Assembly (NCBI GenBank): GCA_009923495.1
Contig: RFTJ01000003.1
Location: 1,236 to 65,235 of the forward strand
DNA length: 64,000 bases
Reading direction: 5' to 3'
Source of the DNA: Actinomycetota bacterium
Lineage (GTDB): Bacteria > Actinomycetota > Actinomycetes > S36-B12 > UBA5976
Shown: piece by piece, positions 48,116 to 58,045 of the stretch
Numbering within the stretch: position 1 is the stretch's first letter
Layout of the letters: the number at the start of each line of letters is the position of its first letter
Position numbers and translations under genes: made by a program
Notes under the pieces: generated by a model
Seen by the model: only the letters and a program-made list of their open reading frames with translations
Databases searched by the model: none
What the model was told of the DNA's origin: nothing

Positions 48116-49765
48116 ATGGTTGATTTTCAGTATTCAGAAATGTTGGGTGCTACGCCACCTAATCCTGAATTCCGGCTTATCACCACTGATGGAATCGCCA
48201 CGGAAACATTGGGCAATCGCACTTTTCTAACTATTTCGACTGAGACTTTAGAGAAAGTGGCCTACGAAGCAATTCATGACATTTCGCACTATTTGCGCAC
48301 TGATCATCTAGTGCAACTTCGAGCCATCATTGATGACCCTGATGCCTCAAGCAATGACCGCTTTGTTGCCCTCGACTTATTGAAAAACGCTAATGTTTCT
48401 GCCGGCGGTGTGCTGCCGATGTGCCAAGACACCGGCACCGCAATTATCTCGGCAAAGCGAGGTTCGCAAGTACTGACACCAGGTAATGATGAAGAGGCGC
48501 TAAGCAAAGGCATCTACATTGCCTACCAGAAACTAAATCTTCGCTACTCTCAAATGTCTCCCGTCACCATGTGGGATGAAAAAAATACAGGATCAAACCT
48601 GCCAGCGCAGATTGAAATTTATTCAGACACCAAACCTGGTCATGAAAATGAATATGAAATGCTTTTCATCGCAAAAGGTGGTGGAAGCGCTAATAAGAGT
48701 TTCTTGTATCAAGAAACCAAAGCGGTTTTGAATCCAAAGCGCTTCATGGAATTCATGTCAGACAAACTTCGACAAATTGGAACCTCGGCTTGTCCGCCCT
48801 ACCACTTGGCGGTTGTCGTAGGTGGCACTAGTGCGGAATATGCCTTGAAGGTTGCCAAATTAGCAAGTACTCGTTATCTAGACGGCATGGCAACTAGTGG
48901 CGGCGAATTTGGAATCGGCTTTCGGGATCCTAACTTAGAAGCGCAGATCTTGCAGCTAACACAGCAATTTGGAATCGGCGCGCAATTTGGAGGCAAATAT
49001 TTCTGTCACGATGTCCGAGTAATCCGCCTGCCTCGGCATGGAGCATCATGTCCAATTGCAATCGCTGTCTCATGTTCGGCTGATCGGCAAGCCATCGTGC
49101 GAATAAATCACAGTGGCGCATACATTGAGAAATTAGACCGCGAGCCAGCCCGATTTTTGCCAGAGATTACCGATACCCATTTGGCCGACGATGTGGTTGA
49201 AATAGACCTCAGTCAGCCAATGACAAAAATCCAAGAACAACTATCAGTTTGTCCGGTGAAAACGCGGCTATCGCTAACTGGCTCTCTTATCGTGGCCCGC
49301 GATATTGCGCATGCTCGAATTTTGGAAATGTTAGAACGAGGTGAAGAACTGCCTCAATATTTTCGTGAGTACGCCGTTTATTACGCTGGCCCAGCCAAGA
49401 CGCCTGTCGGATATGCATCTGGGTCATTTGGTCCAACAACTGCGGGTCGGATGGATAGTTATGTTGAGCGATTCCAAGAACTCGGCGGCTCAATGGTGAT
49501 GTTGGCCAAAGGTAATCGCAGTGAAGCTGTTGTGAAGTCCTGCGCCAAACATGGCGGTTTTTACCTTGGTTCCATTGGCGGGCCCGCTGCAATTTTGGCG
49601 ACAGAAAACATCACCAAGGTTGAAGTTTTAGACTTTGCTGACCTGGGAATGGAAGCAGTCTGGAAGATTGATGTGGTTAACTTCCCAGCGTTTGTCGTGA
49701 TTGACGATAAAGGTAACGACTTCTACGCCAGCACGACGCGAACTTTCCTAAATCCGGTTCTCTAG
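48116..49765 (+). CDS. fumA: class I (Fe-S dependent) fumarate hydratase
   Basis: MCQDTGTA motif and alpha + beta domains fused in 549 aa. Confidence 0.88.
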   Translation: MVDFQYSEMLGATPPNPEFRLITTDGIATETLGNRTFLTISTETLEKVAYEAIHDISHYLRTDHLVQLRAIIDDPDASSNDRFVALDLLKNANVSAGGVLPMCQDTGTAIISAKRGSQVLTPGNDEEALSKGIYIAYQKLNLRYSQMSPVTMWDEKNTGSNLPAQIEIYSDTKPGHENEYEMLFIAKGGGSANKSFLYQETKAVLNPKRFMEFMSDKLRQIGTSACPPYHLAVVVGGTSAEYALKVAKLASTRYLDGMATSGGEFGIGFRDPNLEAQILQLTQQFGIGAQFGGKYFCHDVRVIRLPRHGASCPIAIAVSCSADRQAIVRINHSGAYIEKLDREPARFLPEITDTHLADDVVEIDLSQPMTKIQEQLSVCPVKTRLSLTGSLIVARDIAHARILEMLERGEELPQYFREYAVYYAGPAKTPVGYASGSFGPTTAGRMDSYVERFQELGGSMVMLAKGNRSEAVVKSCAKHGGFYLGSIGGPAAILATENITKVEVLDFADLGMEAVWKIDVVNFPAFVVIDDKGNDFYASTTRTFLNPVL

Positions 49766-49776
49766 CTTTTAGCGAA

Positions 49777-51072
49777 TCAGACTGGCAACTCTTCGAGTAA
49801 ATCTGTTACTAATGCCGCGATTGGCGAGCGCTCTGAACGGGTCAGAGTTACGTGGGCAAAGAGCGGATGACCCTTAAGTTTCTCAACTACCGCAACCACA
49901 CCGTCATGTCTACCAACTCGCAGGTTATCTCGCTGTGCGACGTCATGGGTAAGCACAACTCGACTACCTTTACCAATGCGCGAAAGCACGGTTAGTAAAA
50001 CATTGCGCTCAAGCGACTGTGCTTCATCCACGATCACATAAGTGTCATGCAGTGATCGCCCTCTTATGTGGGTTAGTGGCAACACCTCCAACATTCCACG
50101 ATCGACGATTTCTTCAATGACATCAGCCGAGGCAACTGCAGACAATGTGTCAAAGACTGCCTGCGCCCACGGGGACATTTTTTCATTTTCAGTTCCTGGC
50201 AAGTAGCCCAATTCTTGACCGCCAACCGCATACAAAGGGCGGAACACAACAACTTTGCGGTGCTGACGACGCTCCAATACTGCTTCCAGGCCAGCGCAAA
50301 GTGCTAGCGCACTCTTACCTGTTCCGGCTCGACCACCGAGCGAAACAATTCCTACTTCTTGGTCAAGTAGTAAGTCAAGGGCAATTCGTTGCTCTGCACT
50401 TCTGCCATGAATTCCAAAGGCTTCACGGTCGCCTCGAACTAACTTGAGCTGCTTATCGGCAGTTACCCGGCCTAATGCGCTACCGCGCTCACTTGCAAGG
50501 ACAACGCCTGTATGGCAAGGAAGGTCTCGAACTGCTTCAAGCTCAATTACTTCTTCGTCGTACAAATCATCAATGTCATTTGCCGAAACCGTCAATTCGG
50601 TCATGCCCGTCCAACCACTTGATGGCACAATCTCGGCCCGGTATTCCTGAGCCTCAAGTCCAACCGCTGACGCCTTTACCCTAAGAGGTAAATCTTTACT
50701 GACTAGAACCACAGTCTTGCCTTCGTCGGCAAGACTTTTTGCAACAGCTAATATTCTGGTGTCGTTATCGCCAAGTCGAAATCCGGCAGGAAGCACTTCG
50801 GCATCGGTGTGATTGAGTTCAACATGCAACTCACCACCTTTATCACCCAAGGGAATTGGTGCATCTAGGCGGCCGAATTTAATTCGTAAATCATCGAGAG
50901 CTCTAAGAGCCGAACGTGCAAAGTAGCCAAGTTCTGGATGGGTTCGCTTTGCTTCCAATTCTGTGATCACAACAATCGGTATGACAACCTCGTGTTCGTC
51001 GAAACGAAATAAGGCGTTTGGATCGGATAGCAAGACGCTCGTATCAATTACGAAGGTTCGGCGCTGGTTCAC
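49777..51072 (-). CDS. PhoH2-type protein (N-terminal PIN domain + PhoH-like ATPase)
   Basis: PIN start [12 protein letters not shown] and a PhoH Walker [16 protein letters not shown] start. Confidence 0.85.
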   Translation of the reverse strand: MNQRRTFVIDTSVLLSDPNALFRFDEHEVVIPIVVITELEAKRTHPELGYFARSALRALDDLRIKFGRLDAPIPLGDKGGELHVELNHTDAEVLPAGFRLGDNDTRILAVAKSLADEGKTVVLVSKDLPLRVKASAVGLEAQEYRAEIVPSSGWTGMTELTVSANDIDDLYDEEVIELEAVRDLPCHTGVVLASERGSALGRVTADKQLKLVRGDREAFGIHGRSAEQRIALDLLLDQEVGIVSLGGRAGTGKSALALCAGLEAVLERRQHRKVVVFRPLYAVGGQELGYLPGTENEKMSPWAQAVFDTLSAVASADVIEEIVDRGMLEVLPLTHIRGRSLHDTYVIVDEAQSLERNVLLTVLSRIGKGSRVVLTHDVAQRDNLRVGRHDGVVAVVEKLKGHPLFAHVTLTRSERSPIAALVTDLLEELPV

Positions 51073-51100
51073 GCGACCACTTCACATTCAGTTTTGCTCT

Positions 51101-51133
51101 GGGGTGGCTTCCCCGTCCACCCTGATATCAGGG
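51101..51133. promoter_or_regulatory. hairpin with a CUUCCCC loop overlapping a perfect 14-nt palindrome, in the phoH2/uppS divergent spacer
   Basis: GGGGTGG (51101-51107) / CCACCCT (51117-51123) with loop CTTCCCCGT. Palindrome CCCTGATATCAGGG at 51120-51133. Confidence 0.35.
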
Positions 51134-51244
51134 ACAATACGCCCAAAAATTCCAGAGATGTGTGTCCCACGCCGTATGGATTTGTTAACAAAAGGTTGCC
51201 GCTCTATGTACCTAATCATTTCTGATGAGCACTAATCTGATGTT

Positions 51245-52021
51245 ATGGGGCGATTTAAAAAACTCGTTGGAGATGTCGCATATGACCTATACGGACATCG
51301 CCTCGCTCATCGCCTGCCTCGAGAACAATTGCCGGCGCATGTTGGCGTAATTCTTGATGGGAATCGGCGCTGGGCCGCCGGACAAGGTTCCTCTTCGGAA
51401 CATGGCCATCGAGCAGGTGGTGCCAAAATTGCCGAGTTTCTGGGTTGGTGTGAAGAAGTTGATGTCAAAGTAGTCACACTCTGGTTGCTCTCGACCGATA
51501 ACCTGGCTCGAAAGCCAGAAGAACTTGAGCCATTGTTGCGGGTAATTGAAAATACGGTAACTTCGCTAGCTGAAACCGGCCGCTGGCAGATTAATCCTGT
51601 GGGTTCCCTAACTTTGCTTCCAGCGAATACCGCCAACATCTTGACTTCCGCCCAACTCAGCTCAAGCAAAAGCGAGGGCTTAGTCGTAAACATTGCGGTT
51701 GGATACGGTGGAAGGCGCGAAGTAGTCGATGCAGTTAAATCGCTCCTACAAGAACATGCAAAGGCCGGCACCTCCTTGGACGAGCTAGCAAACATGCTTG
51801 ACCTAGAACACATTGCCGATCACCTTTACACCAAAGGACAGCCCGATCCTGATCTAGTGATTCGCACATCAGGAGAGCAACGGCTCAGCGGTTTTCTACT
51901 CTGGCAGAGTGCTCATTCTGAGTTCTATTTTTGTGAAGCCTACTGGCCAAACTTTCGAAAGATTGACTTCTTGCGCGCGCTTCGCTCGTTTGCCATCCGA
52001 AATCGTAGGTTCGGTGTTTAG
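51245..52021 (+). CDS. uppS: isoprenyl transferase (cis-prenyl / undecaprenyl diphosphate synthase family)
   Basis: HVGVILDGNRRWA and a C-terminal RRFG signature. Confidence 0.85.
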   Translation: MGRFKKLVGDVAYDLYGHRLAHRLPREQLPAHVGVILDGNRRWAAGQGSSSEHGHRAGGAKIAEFLGWCEEVDVKVVTLWLLSTDNLARKPEELEPLLRVIENTVTSLAETGRWQINPVGSLTLLPANTANILTSAQLSSSKSEGLVVNIAVGYGGRREVVDAVKSLLQEHAKAGTSLDELANMLDLEHIADHLYTKGQPDPDLVIRTSGEQRLSGFLLWQSAHSEFYFCEAYWPNFRKIDFLRALRSFAIRNRRFGV

Positions 52022-52025
52022 CAAG

Positions 52026-52652
52026 CTAACTAACTTGGTCGAGCTGCACCAAACCGTAATCGTAACCATGCCGTGGGTAAAGCACACTTTGCAGTCCTGA
52101 GTCCGAATCAATAAACAGCAAAAACTTCAATCCGCTTGCTTCCATCCGCTCAACCGCCTGCTCGACTGAAAGTTCAGGAATCGATGGATGTTTGAGTTCA
52201 ACCTGTAACGGCCCACTCGAAAGCACCAAATCCGCATCAGGCTTTGCGGCGTCATTGGCTACCAAGTCCATGTTGAAGTCAAGCACTGGGCTTGGGCTTG
52301 GTCGCTGGTGTTTGATGGATTTATTTCGCTCGTGCAATCTGCGCAACTGCTCTTCAAAGCGCTCAAAAGCCAGATCAAAGGCAGTGTATTGGTCTGCCGC
52401 GTGAGCCATAGCGCGGACAAATGGACCAGTGCCATCTGATGTGAGTTCTATTTCAAATGCCCGCTCGCTCTGTCGCGGATTTGACTCGTGCGTTACTTCA
52501 ACATCGACCCGGGTGATGTTTAACGAGAATCGTTCAATCCGACTCAGTTTGGCGGTTACCTGTTCTTTGAAATTTTTTGAAACTGCTGTGTGGCGACCGT
52601 GAATGACGATGTTCAAGTTAGAAGTGGTCGATCTTTCAATTGAATTTCTCAT
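52026..52652 (-). CDS. hpf: ribosome hibernation promoting factor (long form)
   Basis: N-terminal RaiA/HPF sigma-54-modulation fold plus a C-terminal dimerisation extension; 208 aa. Confidence 0.85.
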   Translation of the reverse strand: MRNSIERSTTSNLNIVIHGRHTAVSKNFKEQVTAKLSRIERFSLNITRVDVEVTHESNPRQSERAFEIELTSDGTGPFVRAMAHAADQYTAFDLAFERFEEQLRRLHERNKSIKHQRPSPSPVLDFNMDLVANDAAKPDADLVLSSGPLQVELKHPSIPELSVEQAVERMEASGLKFLLFIDSDSGLQSVLYPRHGYDYGLVQLDQVS

Positions 52653-52694
52653 GTCATTTCCTCATTTGATTCAGGCGAGCTCGGTCTTGTAAAT

Positions 52695-52816
52695 GGCACC
52701 CACTCGGGCTATTTGCCACTGACCGGCAATACGGGATTGCAGAGTCGCTCCAAAAACGAGCCTCTGCCACACAAGGTATCTCCCGAGTGGGTGTCACATA
52801 TTCACCGTAACCCCGT
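52695..52816 (-). ncRNA. structured RNA between comF and hpf (raiA-motif-like candidate)
   Basis: 12-bp closing helix CACCCACTCGGG (52697-52708) / CCCGAGTGGGTG (52782-52793). It encloses helices GCAGAG/CTCTGC (52739-44 / 52762-67, plus inner GCTC/GAGC) and TTGCC/GGCAA (52713-17 / 52725-29). Possible 8-bp pseudoknot 52731-52738 with 52809-52816. Confidence 0.45.
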
Positions 52817-52818
52817 TT

Positions 52819-53415
52819 TTAGGTTCGGCACAGAGAAATCAAGAAGATTTTTTGGGCACCTGCAATTCGCAGACTTTTTGCTGCCCAGACAACTGTTGCC
52901 CCAGTAGTAACTACATCATCAACTAGCACAACAGCGCCAGAAATTGGTACCGAAGTCTTGAATGCAGAGCGCATATTTTGCTGGCGCTGACTTCGATTTA
53001 ACCCAACCTGCTCGCGCGTAAACTTGTCGTAACGCAAGATTGGGGCAACCTGCAGGCCAGTACGTCGGGCGATCTGGGTTACTAATAGGCCAATAGTGTC
53101 GAAGCCACGACTATGTACCTTGGCTGTACTGCTTGGCAGTGGGACCAGTGTGCTAGGCGGGATTTTCGAACGCAGTAAAACCAACTCAAGAACTCTCGCG
53201 AGTCCAAGTGACTTCTCCTGATGTCCAGATTTGTAGGCCAAGATCGCACCGCGCAGTGGGTCCGCATAAGGACCCGCGCTCCAACTCTGTGCAATCCCAG
53301 TCAGGGTTGGGTCACAGGAAACCTTAATTGACGATTGGCACGATTTACACAAAACCTGCTCCAGTTGATTACAGAACAGACAGACGGGAGGAAATAGCAC
53401 CTGTGATATGGGCAC
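52819..53415 (-). CDS. comF: ComF family phosphoribosyltransferase-like protein
   Basis: N-terminal Cys pairs (CLFC...CKSC) and a PRTase motif VVLVDDVVTTGAT. Confidence 0.75.
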   Translation of the reverse strand: MPISQVLFPPVCLFCNQLEQVLCKSCQSSIKVSCDPTLTGIAQSWSAGPYADPLRGAILAYKSGHQEKSLGLARVLELVLLRSKIPPSTLVPLPSSTAKVHSRGFDTIGLLVTQIARRTGLQVAPILRYDKFTREQVGLNRSQRQQNMRSAFKTSVPISGAVVLVDDVVTTGATVVWAAKSLRIAGAQKIFLISLCRT

Positions 53416-53502
53416 ACAATTAGTTAAGTGAATGAAATTGGTGTCTGGAGTAGCTCAGGATTATTGTGGAAAACCTTGGCTGTGAACTTAAAACACGGCA
53501 AG

Positions 53503-54183
53503 TTAGGCCGGGCCAGCCTTATACCCGACACCGCGAACAGTTACCACAATCTCTGGCTTATCGGGATCTAATTCAACTTTGGCGCGCAAGCGCTGAATAT
53601 GGACATTCACCAGCCGAGTATCTGCAGAGTGGCGATAGTCCCAAACCTCTTCTAAAAGTGCCTCGCGAGTGAAAACTTTTGCCGGCTGTTTTGCCAGAGT
53701 TGCCAAAATCTTAAATTCCAAAACTGTAAGCGGAATAACTGTGGTACCGCGACGAACTTTGTGGCCGAGTACATCAATGACGATGTCACCGATTCGAAGT
53801 TCGGAGGCACTCGATAACTCAACTGGACGCAACCGTGATTTAATTCGAGCAATCAACTCTTCATTACTGCGCCATGGCTTTGGGATGTAATCATCAGCGC
53901 CAAGTTCTAGGCCTTTGACAATGTCGTCAGAATTATCTCGAGCGGTAAGAATGATGATTGGAACGGCACTGATGGCCCTAATTCCCTTGAAAACATCAAG
54001 ACCATCAAGATTTGGCAAATTCAGATCAAGTAGTACTAGGTCAGGATTGGTTGCTTTGAAGGTCTCAATTGCGTCCGACCCATCGTAAGAAAACGAGGCA
54101 TTGAATCCTGCTGACTGCAGAATTAAGTCAAGCGTCTCGGATACTGCATGATCGTCTTCAATCACCAATATATTTGGGGACAA
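53503..54183 (-). CDS. mtrA: OmpR-family response regulator, MtrA-like
   Basis: Receiver domain (EDD, LLDLNLP, KP) and a winged-helix C-terminus (RLVNVHIQRLRAKVE...VRGVGYK). Position upstream of comF-hpf as for mtrA. Confidence 0.75.
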   Translation of the reverse strand: MSPNILVIEDDHAVSETLDLILQSAGFNASFSYDGSDAIETFKATNPDLVLLDLNLPNLDGLDVFKGIRAISAVPIIILTARDNSDDIVKGLELGADDYIPKPWRSNEELIARIKSRLRPVELSSASELRIGDIVIDVLGHKVRRGTTVIPLTVLEFKILATLAKQPAKVFTREALLEEVWDYRHSADTRLVNVHIQRLRAKVELDPDKPEIVVTVRGVGYKAGPA

Positions 54184-54278
54184 GTAAGTTCACCTCTGTC
54201 GCACATCAGATTGCTTCAACCTACCCCACATCCGCCAAGGAAACATCTTCAACCCCATATTGGCAGTAATCTGAACGG

Positions 54279-54749
54279 GTGGAAATCCGTAAGGCTCTTG
54301 ATCGCCTCAAGAATGAAGTTGCAAAGTTCGGTGCAATTGGCCTTTTTGCTTATGTAATTGATGTGGGCATCTTCAACCTGCTGTTACACGGACCATTATC
54401 ATCAAAGCCACTAACAGCAAAAGCGATCAGTGCAGTAGTGGCAACAACTTGTGCATACTTTGGTAATCGATTCTGGACTTTTAGCGAGCGAGCCCGCACC
54501 TCATACCGGCGGGAATACACCCTGTTTTTCCTACTGAATGTAGTTGGCACGGGAATACAACTGACCTGTCTAGCTATCAGCCATTACGGCTTGGATTTCA
54601 CCAGTCGACTTGCTGACAACATAAGTGGCAATGGAATCGGCCTGCTTCTGGGAACACTCTTTCGATTTTGGAGCTATCGCAAATGGGTCTTTTTAGAACC
54701 AAAGTCACCGGAAGCGATTCAGGCAAGTGACTCAGGGCCTGAAAAGTAA
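54279..54749 (+). CDS. GtrA family membrane protein
   Basis: KFGAIGLFAYVIDVGIFNLL start, 4 TM helices, C-terminal FRFWSYRKWVF. Confidence 0.7.
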   Translation: MEIRKALDRLKNEVAKFGAIGLFAYVIDVGIFNLLLHGPLSSKPLTAKAISAVVATTCAYFGNRFWTFSERARTSYRREYTLFFLLNVVGTGIQLTCLAISHYGLDFTSRLADNISGNGIGLLLGTLFRFWSYRKWVFLEPKSPEAIQASDSGPEK

Positions 54750-54750
54750 A

Positions 54751-55551
54751 TCAATCTATAGTTGCATGCCGCACATCGCCTATGGTGATCTCGACTTCAC
54801 CATCATCAGATAACAAAACTAATGAACCGCTTCCAGTTACTCGCACGGCAGTACCAGAGATATCGTCGCCAGAGATTTGCACAACCTCAACTGCGCGACC
54901 AAGCGACGAGCATACTTCTGAGTATTGGTCTACCCAATCGGTTGAGTCAGATAACAAAATTTCAATCTTGTTGATGATTCGAGCCGCAAGTTCATTGCGG
55001 TCAATTAGAAAGCCCTCAACAAACAAAGAGGTAGCGGCCTCTGTCGGTAATTCGCTTACGAGATGCGTGATGTTTACTCCTATTCCAATCACGAAGTAAT
55101 CGCCAGTTTGCTGGACTAAAATCCCGCCGCACTTTCGAACTGTGCCATCTTCGTTCAAGAAGACCACATCATTAGGCCATTTCAATTGGGCAGGAATTGC
55201 GAGTTCCGATAAAACTTTGGTTACGGCAAGTCCGACAACAAGTGGTAGGGAACTCGGGGTCAGGTCTGCGTCAACAATCGACAGTCCGAGGCTTAATGCC
55301 AATCCCTTCCCATGTTGGCTACTCCAGCTACGCCCGAGTCGACCTAAACCACTGGTCTGTTCCTCGGCTAGCACGATCAGTGGAGTTCCCGGTGTGATGG
55401 CCTGGAGATGTCGAGCAATTTCATTATTTGTTGAATCAACTGTGTCCAAAACTCGAACCTGCTGCCAACTTGTTCCTAGCAATCCTAGAATCTGGGAAAT
55501 TCGCCCAATATCAAGCGGTTCGGCCTCAGGGAATACACCAATGTTGCTCAT
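54751..55551 (-). CDS. birA: biotin--[acetyl-CoA-carboxylase] ligase (group I, no HTH)
   Basis: GRLGRSW biotin-binding loop and KWPNDV. Start set at ATG 55551, because the longest ORF would overlap accD5. Confidence 0.8.
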   Translation of the reverse strand: MSNIGVFPEAEPLDIGRISQILGLLGTSWQQVRVLDTVDSTNNEIARHLQAITPGTPLIVLAEEQTSGLGRLGRSWSSQHGKGLALSLGLSIVDADLTPSSLPLVVGLAVTKVLSELAIPAQLKWPNDVVFLNEDGTVRKCGGILVQQTGDYFVIGIGVNITHLVSELPTEAATSLFVEGFLIDRNELAARIINKIEILLSDSTDWVDQYSEVCSSLGRAVEVVQISGDDISGTAVRVTGSGSLVLLSDDGEVEITIGDVRHATID

Positions 55552-55593
55552 ATCGCTAGGGTAGAACACTAGGGATAACTGTGGAGGTACCGG

Positions 55594-57168
55594 GTGAGTT
55601 CCGAGCAAGATAAGCACACTACTGTTAGCAAGATCGCGAAATTGAACGAACATCGCCAAGCAATTGCACAGCGCCAAGTTGCGTCCGCCGAAAAGCAGCA
55701 GGCCAAAGGCAAGTTATCGGCCTTAGAGCGAATTATGCACCTACTCGACGAGGGCTCCTTCCAAGAGCTAGATGCAATGGCCCGGCACCGATCGACCAAT
55801 TTTGGTATGGAGGCTAATCGGCCATACGGCGATGGTGTCATCACTGGCTTTGGCACAATCGATGGACGGCCGGTTTGCGTGTTTTCCCAAGACTTCACGG
55901 TATTTGGCGGCTCACTGGGCGAGGTGATGGGTCAGAAAATTGTTAAAGTGATGGACCTGGCCTTGAAAACTGGGTGCCCAATAATCGGAATCAACGATTC
56001 TGGTGGTGCTCGAATTCAAGAAGGTGTTGCCTCGCTTGCCATGTACGGTGAAATTTTCAAGCGCAATACGCGGGCATCAGGAGTCATTCCACAAATCTCA
56101 CTGATGGTTGGTCCTAGTGCTGGTGGCGCGGTTTACTCCCCTGCGCTAACCGACTTCATCATTATGGTGGATAAAACCGCGCACATGTTCATTACTGGCC
56201 CCGATGTAATCAAGACTGTCACTGGCGAAGAAGTTGGTTTCGAAGAATTGGGCGGTGCATTAACCCACAGTACAAAATCGGGTGTTGCGCATTACATGGC
56301 TCATGATGAAGACGATGCTTTTGATTATGTGAAGCATTTGCTTTCGTTCTTACCAAGCAACAATCTAGATGAAGTGCCCTCACTCGCTGTTACTGCAGAT
56401 TTAGAAATTACTGATGAAGATCGTGAATTAGATGGTTTAGTTCCTGATTCAGCAAATCAGCCCTACGACATGCACAAGCTAATTGAAAGTGTTCTTGACG
56501 ATGGCGACTTCCTTGAAACGCAGCCGTTGTTTGCACCAAACATCATTACTGGACTTGGCCGAATCGAGGGCGAGTCGGTAGGTATCATTGCAAATCAGCC
56601 GATGCAATTTGCTGGAGCACTAGACATAGATGCCAGCGAAAAAGCCGCTCGATTTGTTCGCACCTGCGATGCTTTTAACATTCCAATCATTTCGTTTGTT
56701 GATGTACCCGGCTTCTTGCCGGGCACCGACCAGGAATACCAAGGGATCATTCGACGTGGAGCAAAATTGCTATACGCGTACTCTGAGGCTTCAGTTCCAC
56801 TCGTTACCGTGATTACCCGTAAGGCCTACGGCGGCGCATACATTGTCATGGGTTCAAAACATCTCGGCGCAGATATTAATTTGGCTTGGCCAACTGCGCA
56901 GATTGCTGTGATGGGTGCACAAGGTGCAGTTAACATTCTTTATCGCAAGGAGCTGGCGGCTGCCAAAGATGCAGAGAAGGCGCGTGCGCAGTTTGTCGCT
57001 GATTATGACGACACGCTGGCTAACCCGTACTTAGCCGCAGATTTGGGTTACATTGATTCGGTTATCGCACCACACGAAACCCGAGTAAGTATTACCAAGG
57101 CATTGCGCAGCCTGCGTGGCAAGCGCCAGACGATGCCACCTAAGAAACACGGAAACATTCCACTCTGA
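55594..57168 (+). CDS. accD5: acyl-CoA carboxylase carboxyltransferase beta subunit
   Basis: 524 aa with the two crotonase-like CT domains ([14 protein letters not shown]). Confidence 0.9.
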   Translation: MSSEQDKHTTVSKIAKLNEHRQAIAQRQVASAEKQQAKGKLSALERIMHLLDEGSFQELDAMARHRSTNFGMEANRPYGDGVITGFGTIDGRPVCVFSQDFTVFGGSLGEVMGQKIVKVMDLALKTGCPIIGINDSGGARIQEGVASLAMYGEIFKRNTRASGVIPQISLMVGPSAGGAVYSPALTDFIIMVDKTAHMFITGPDVIKTVTGEEVGFEELGGALTHSTKSGVAHYMAHDEDDAFDYVKHLLSFLPSNNLDEVPSLAVTADLEITDEDRELDGLVPDSANQPYDMHKLIESVLDDGDFLETQPLFAPNIITGLGRIEGESVGIIANQPMQFAGALDIDASEKAARFVRTCDAFNIPIISFVDVPGFLPGTDQEYQGIIRRGAKLLYAYSEASVPLVTVITRKAYGGAYIVMGSKHLGADINLAWPTAQIAVMGAQGAVNILYRKELAAAKDAEKARAQFVADYDDTLANPYLAADLGYIDSVIAPHETRVSITKALRSLRGKRQTMPPKKHGNIPL

Positions 57169-57365
57169 TGAAAGATTTCAAAGTCGTTAAAGGGGAACTT
57201 ACTGCGGATGAGTTGGCAGCGCTTGTAGCAGTGTTAACTCGTAGATTGACTGCACTTACGACTGCAGATCGAAGGCACCCAGAATGGAATAAGCCAGAAC
57301 ATGTGGTGCGAAAGCCAGTGGTGCGTAGCCAAGACAGCTGGCGTCGCTCGAGCCTTCCTTCGTAA
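57168..57365 (+). CDS. accE5: acyl-CoA carboxylase epsilon subunit
   Basis: 65 aa. VKGELTADELAALVAVL pattern. TGATG overlap with accD5. Confidence 0.6.
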   Translation: MKDFKVVKGELTADELAALVAVLTRRLTALTTADRRHPEWNKPEHVVRKPVVRSQDSWRRSSLPS

Positions 57366-57367
57366 AC

Positions 57368-57985
57368 ATGTCCCGCGCTGTTTTACTTGCCTCCGCCTCA
57401 ACTTCAAGATTTCGATTACTGGTTGACTCCGGAATAGATCCGTATGTCCAAGTAAGTCAGGTAGACGAGGATTTGCTTGAAGCGCATCTAGGACCGATTA
57501 GTACTGCTCAATTGGTTGTCGCACTTGCTACTGCCAAAGGTGAAGCAGTTGTGCAAAATATCAAAGTTACAAGCGAGGGGAACTTGCTTATCATTGCCGC
57601 CGACTCCATGTTGGAGCTTGACGGTGTTAGTTACGGCAAACCTGTAACTCCCGAAGTGGCTAGGCAGCGCTGGCAGCAGATGCGTGGCAAGACTGGCTAC
57701 TTGCACAGTGGGCATTGGGTACATGACCTCGCTACCGGACAGACACGCACTGGAGTAGCAGGCGCTCAGATACATTTTGGACATGTCACTGATGCAGAAA
57801 TCGACGACTATGTTGCAAGTGGTGAACCGCTTGGAGTTGCTGGCGGTTTTACTCACGAAGGACGTAGTAGCGCATTCATAACCCGCATTGATGGCGACGT
57901 GGCGGCAGTAGCCGGGATGTCCATGTCGCTGCTTCGGCAACTTGCGGGTGAACTGGGAATCTCCTGGACATCCTTGTGGAAGTAA
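57368..57985 (+). CDS. maf: Maf-like nucleoside triphosphate pyrophosphatase
   Basis: LLASASTSR start and later D...GKP and GGF motifs. Starts 3 nt after the accE stop. Confidence 0.8.
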   Translation: MSRAVLLASASTSRFRLLVDSGIDPYVQVSQVDEDLLEAHLGPISTAQLVVALATAKGEAVVQNIKVTSEGNLLIIAADSMLELDGVSYGKPVTPEVARQRWQQMRGKTGYLHSGHWVHDLATGQTRTGVAGAQIHFGHVTDAEIDDYVASGEPLGVAGGFTHEGRSSAFITRIDGDVAAVAGMSMSLLRQLAGELGISWTSLWK

Positions 57986-58045
57986 GGAAATAAAGAAAAA
58001 TCGCTAACCCAATAGACTTGGACAAGCATCAGCAAGGAGCAGCTA

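Noticed and set aside
55552-55677. N-terminal extension of birA
   Set aside because: It would overlap divergent accD5 by more than 80 nt. ATG 55551 gives a standard group I BirA length.
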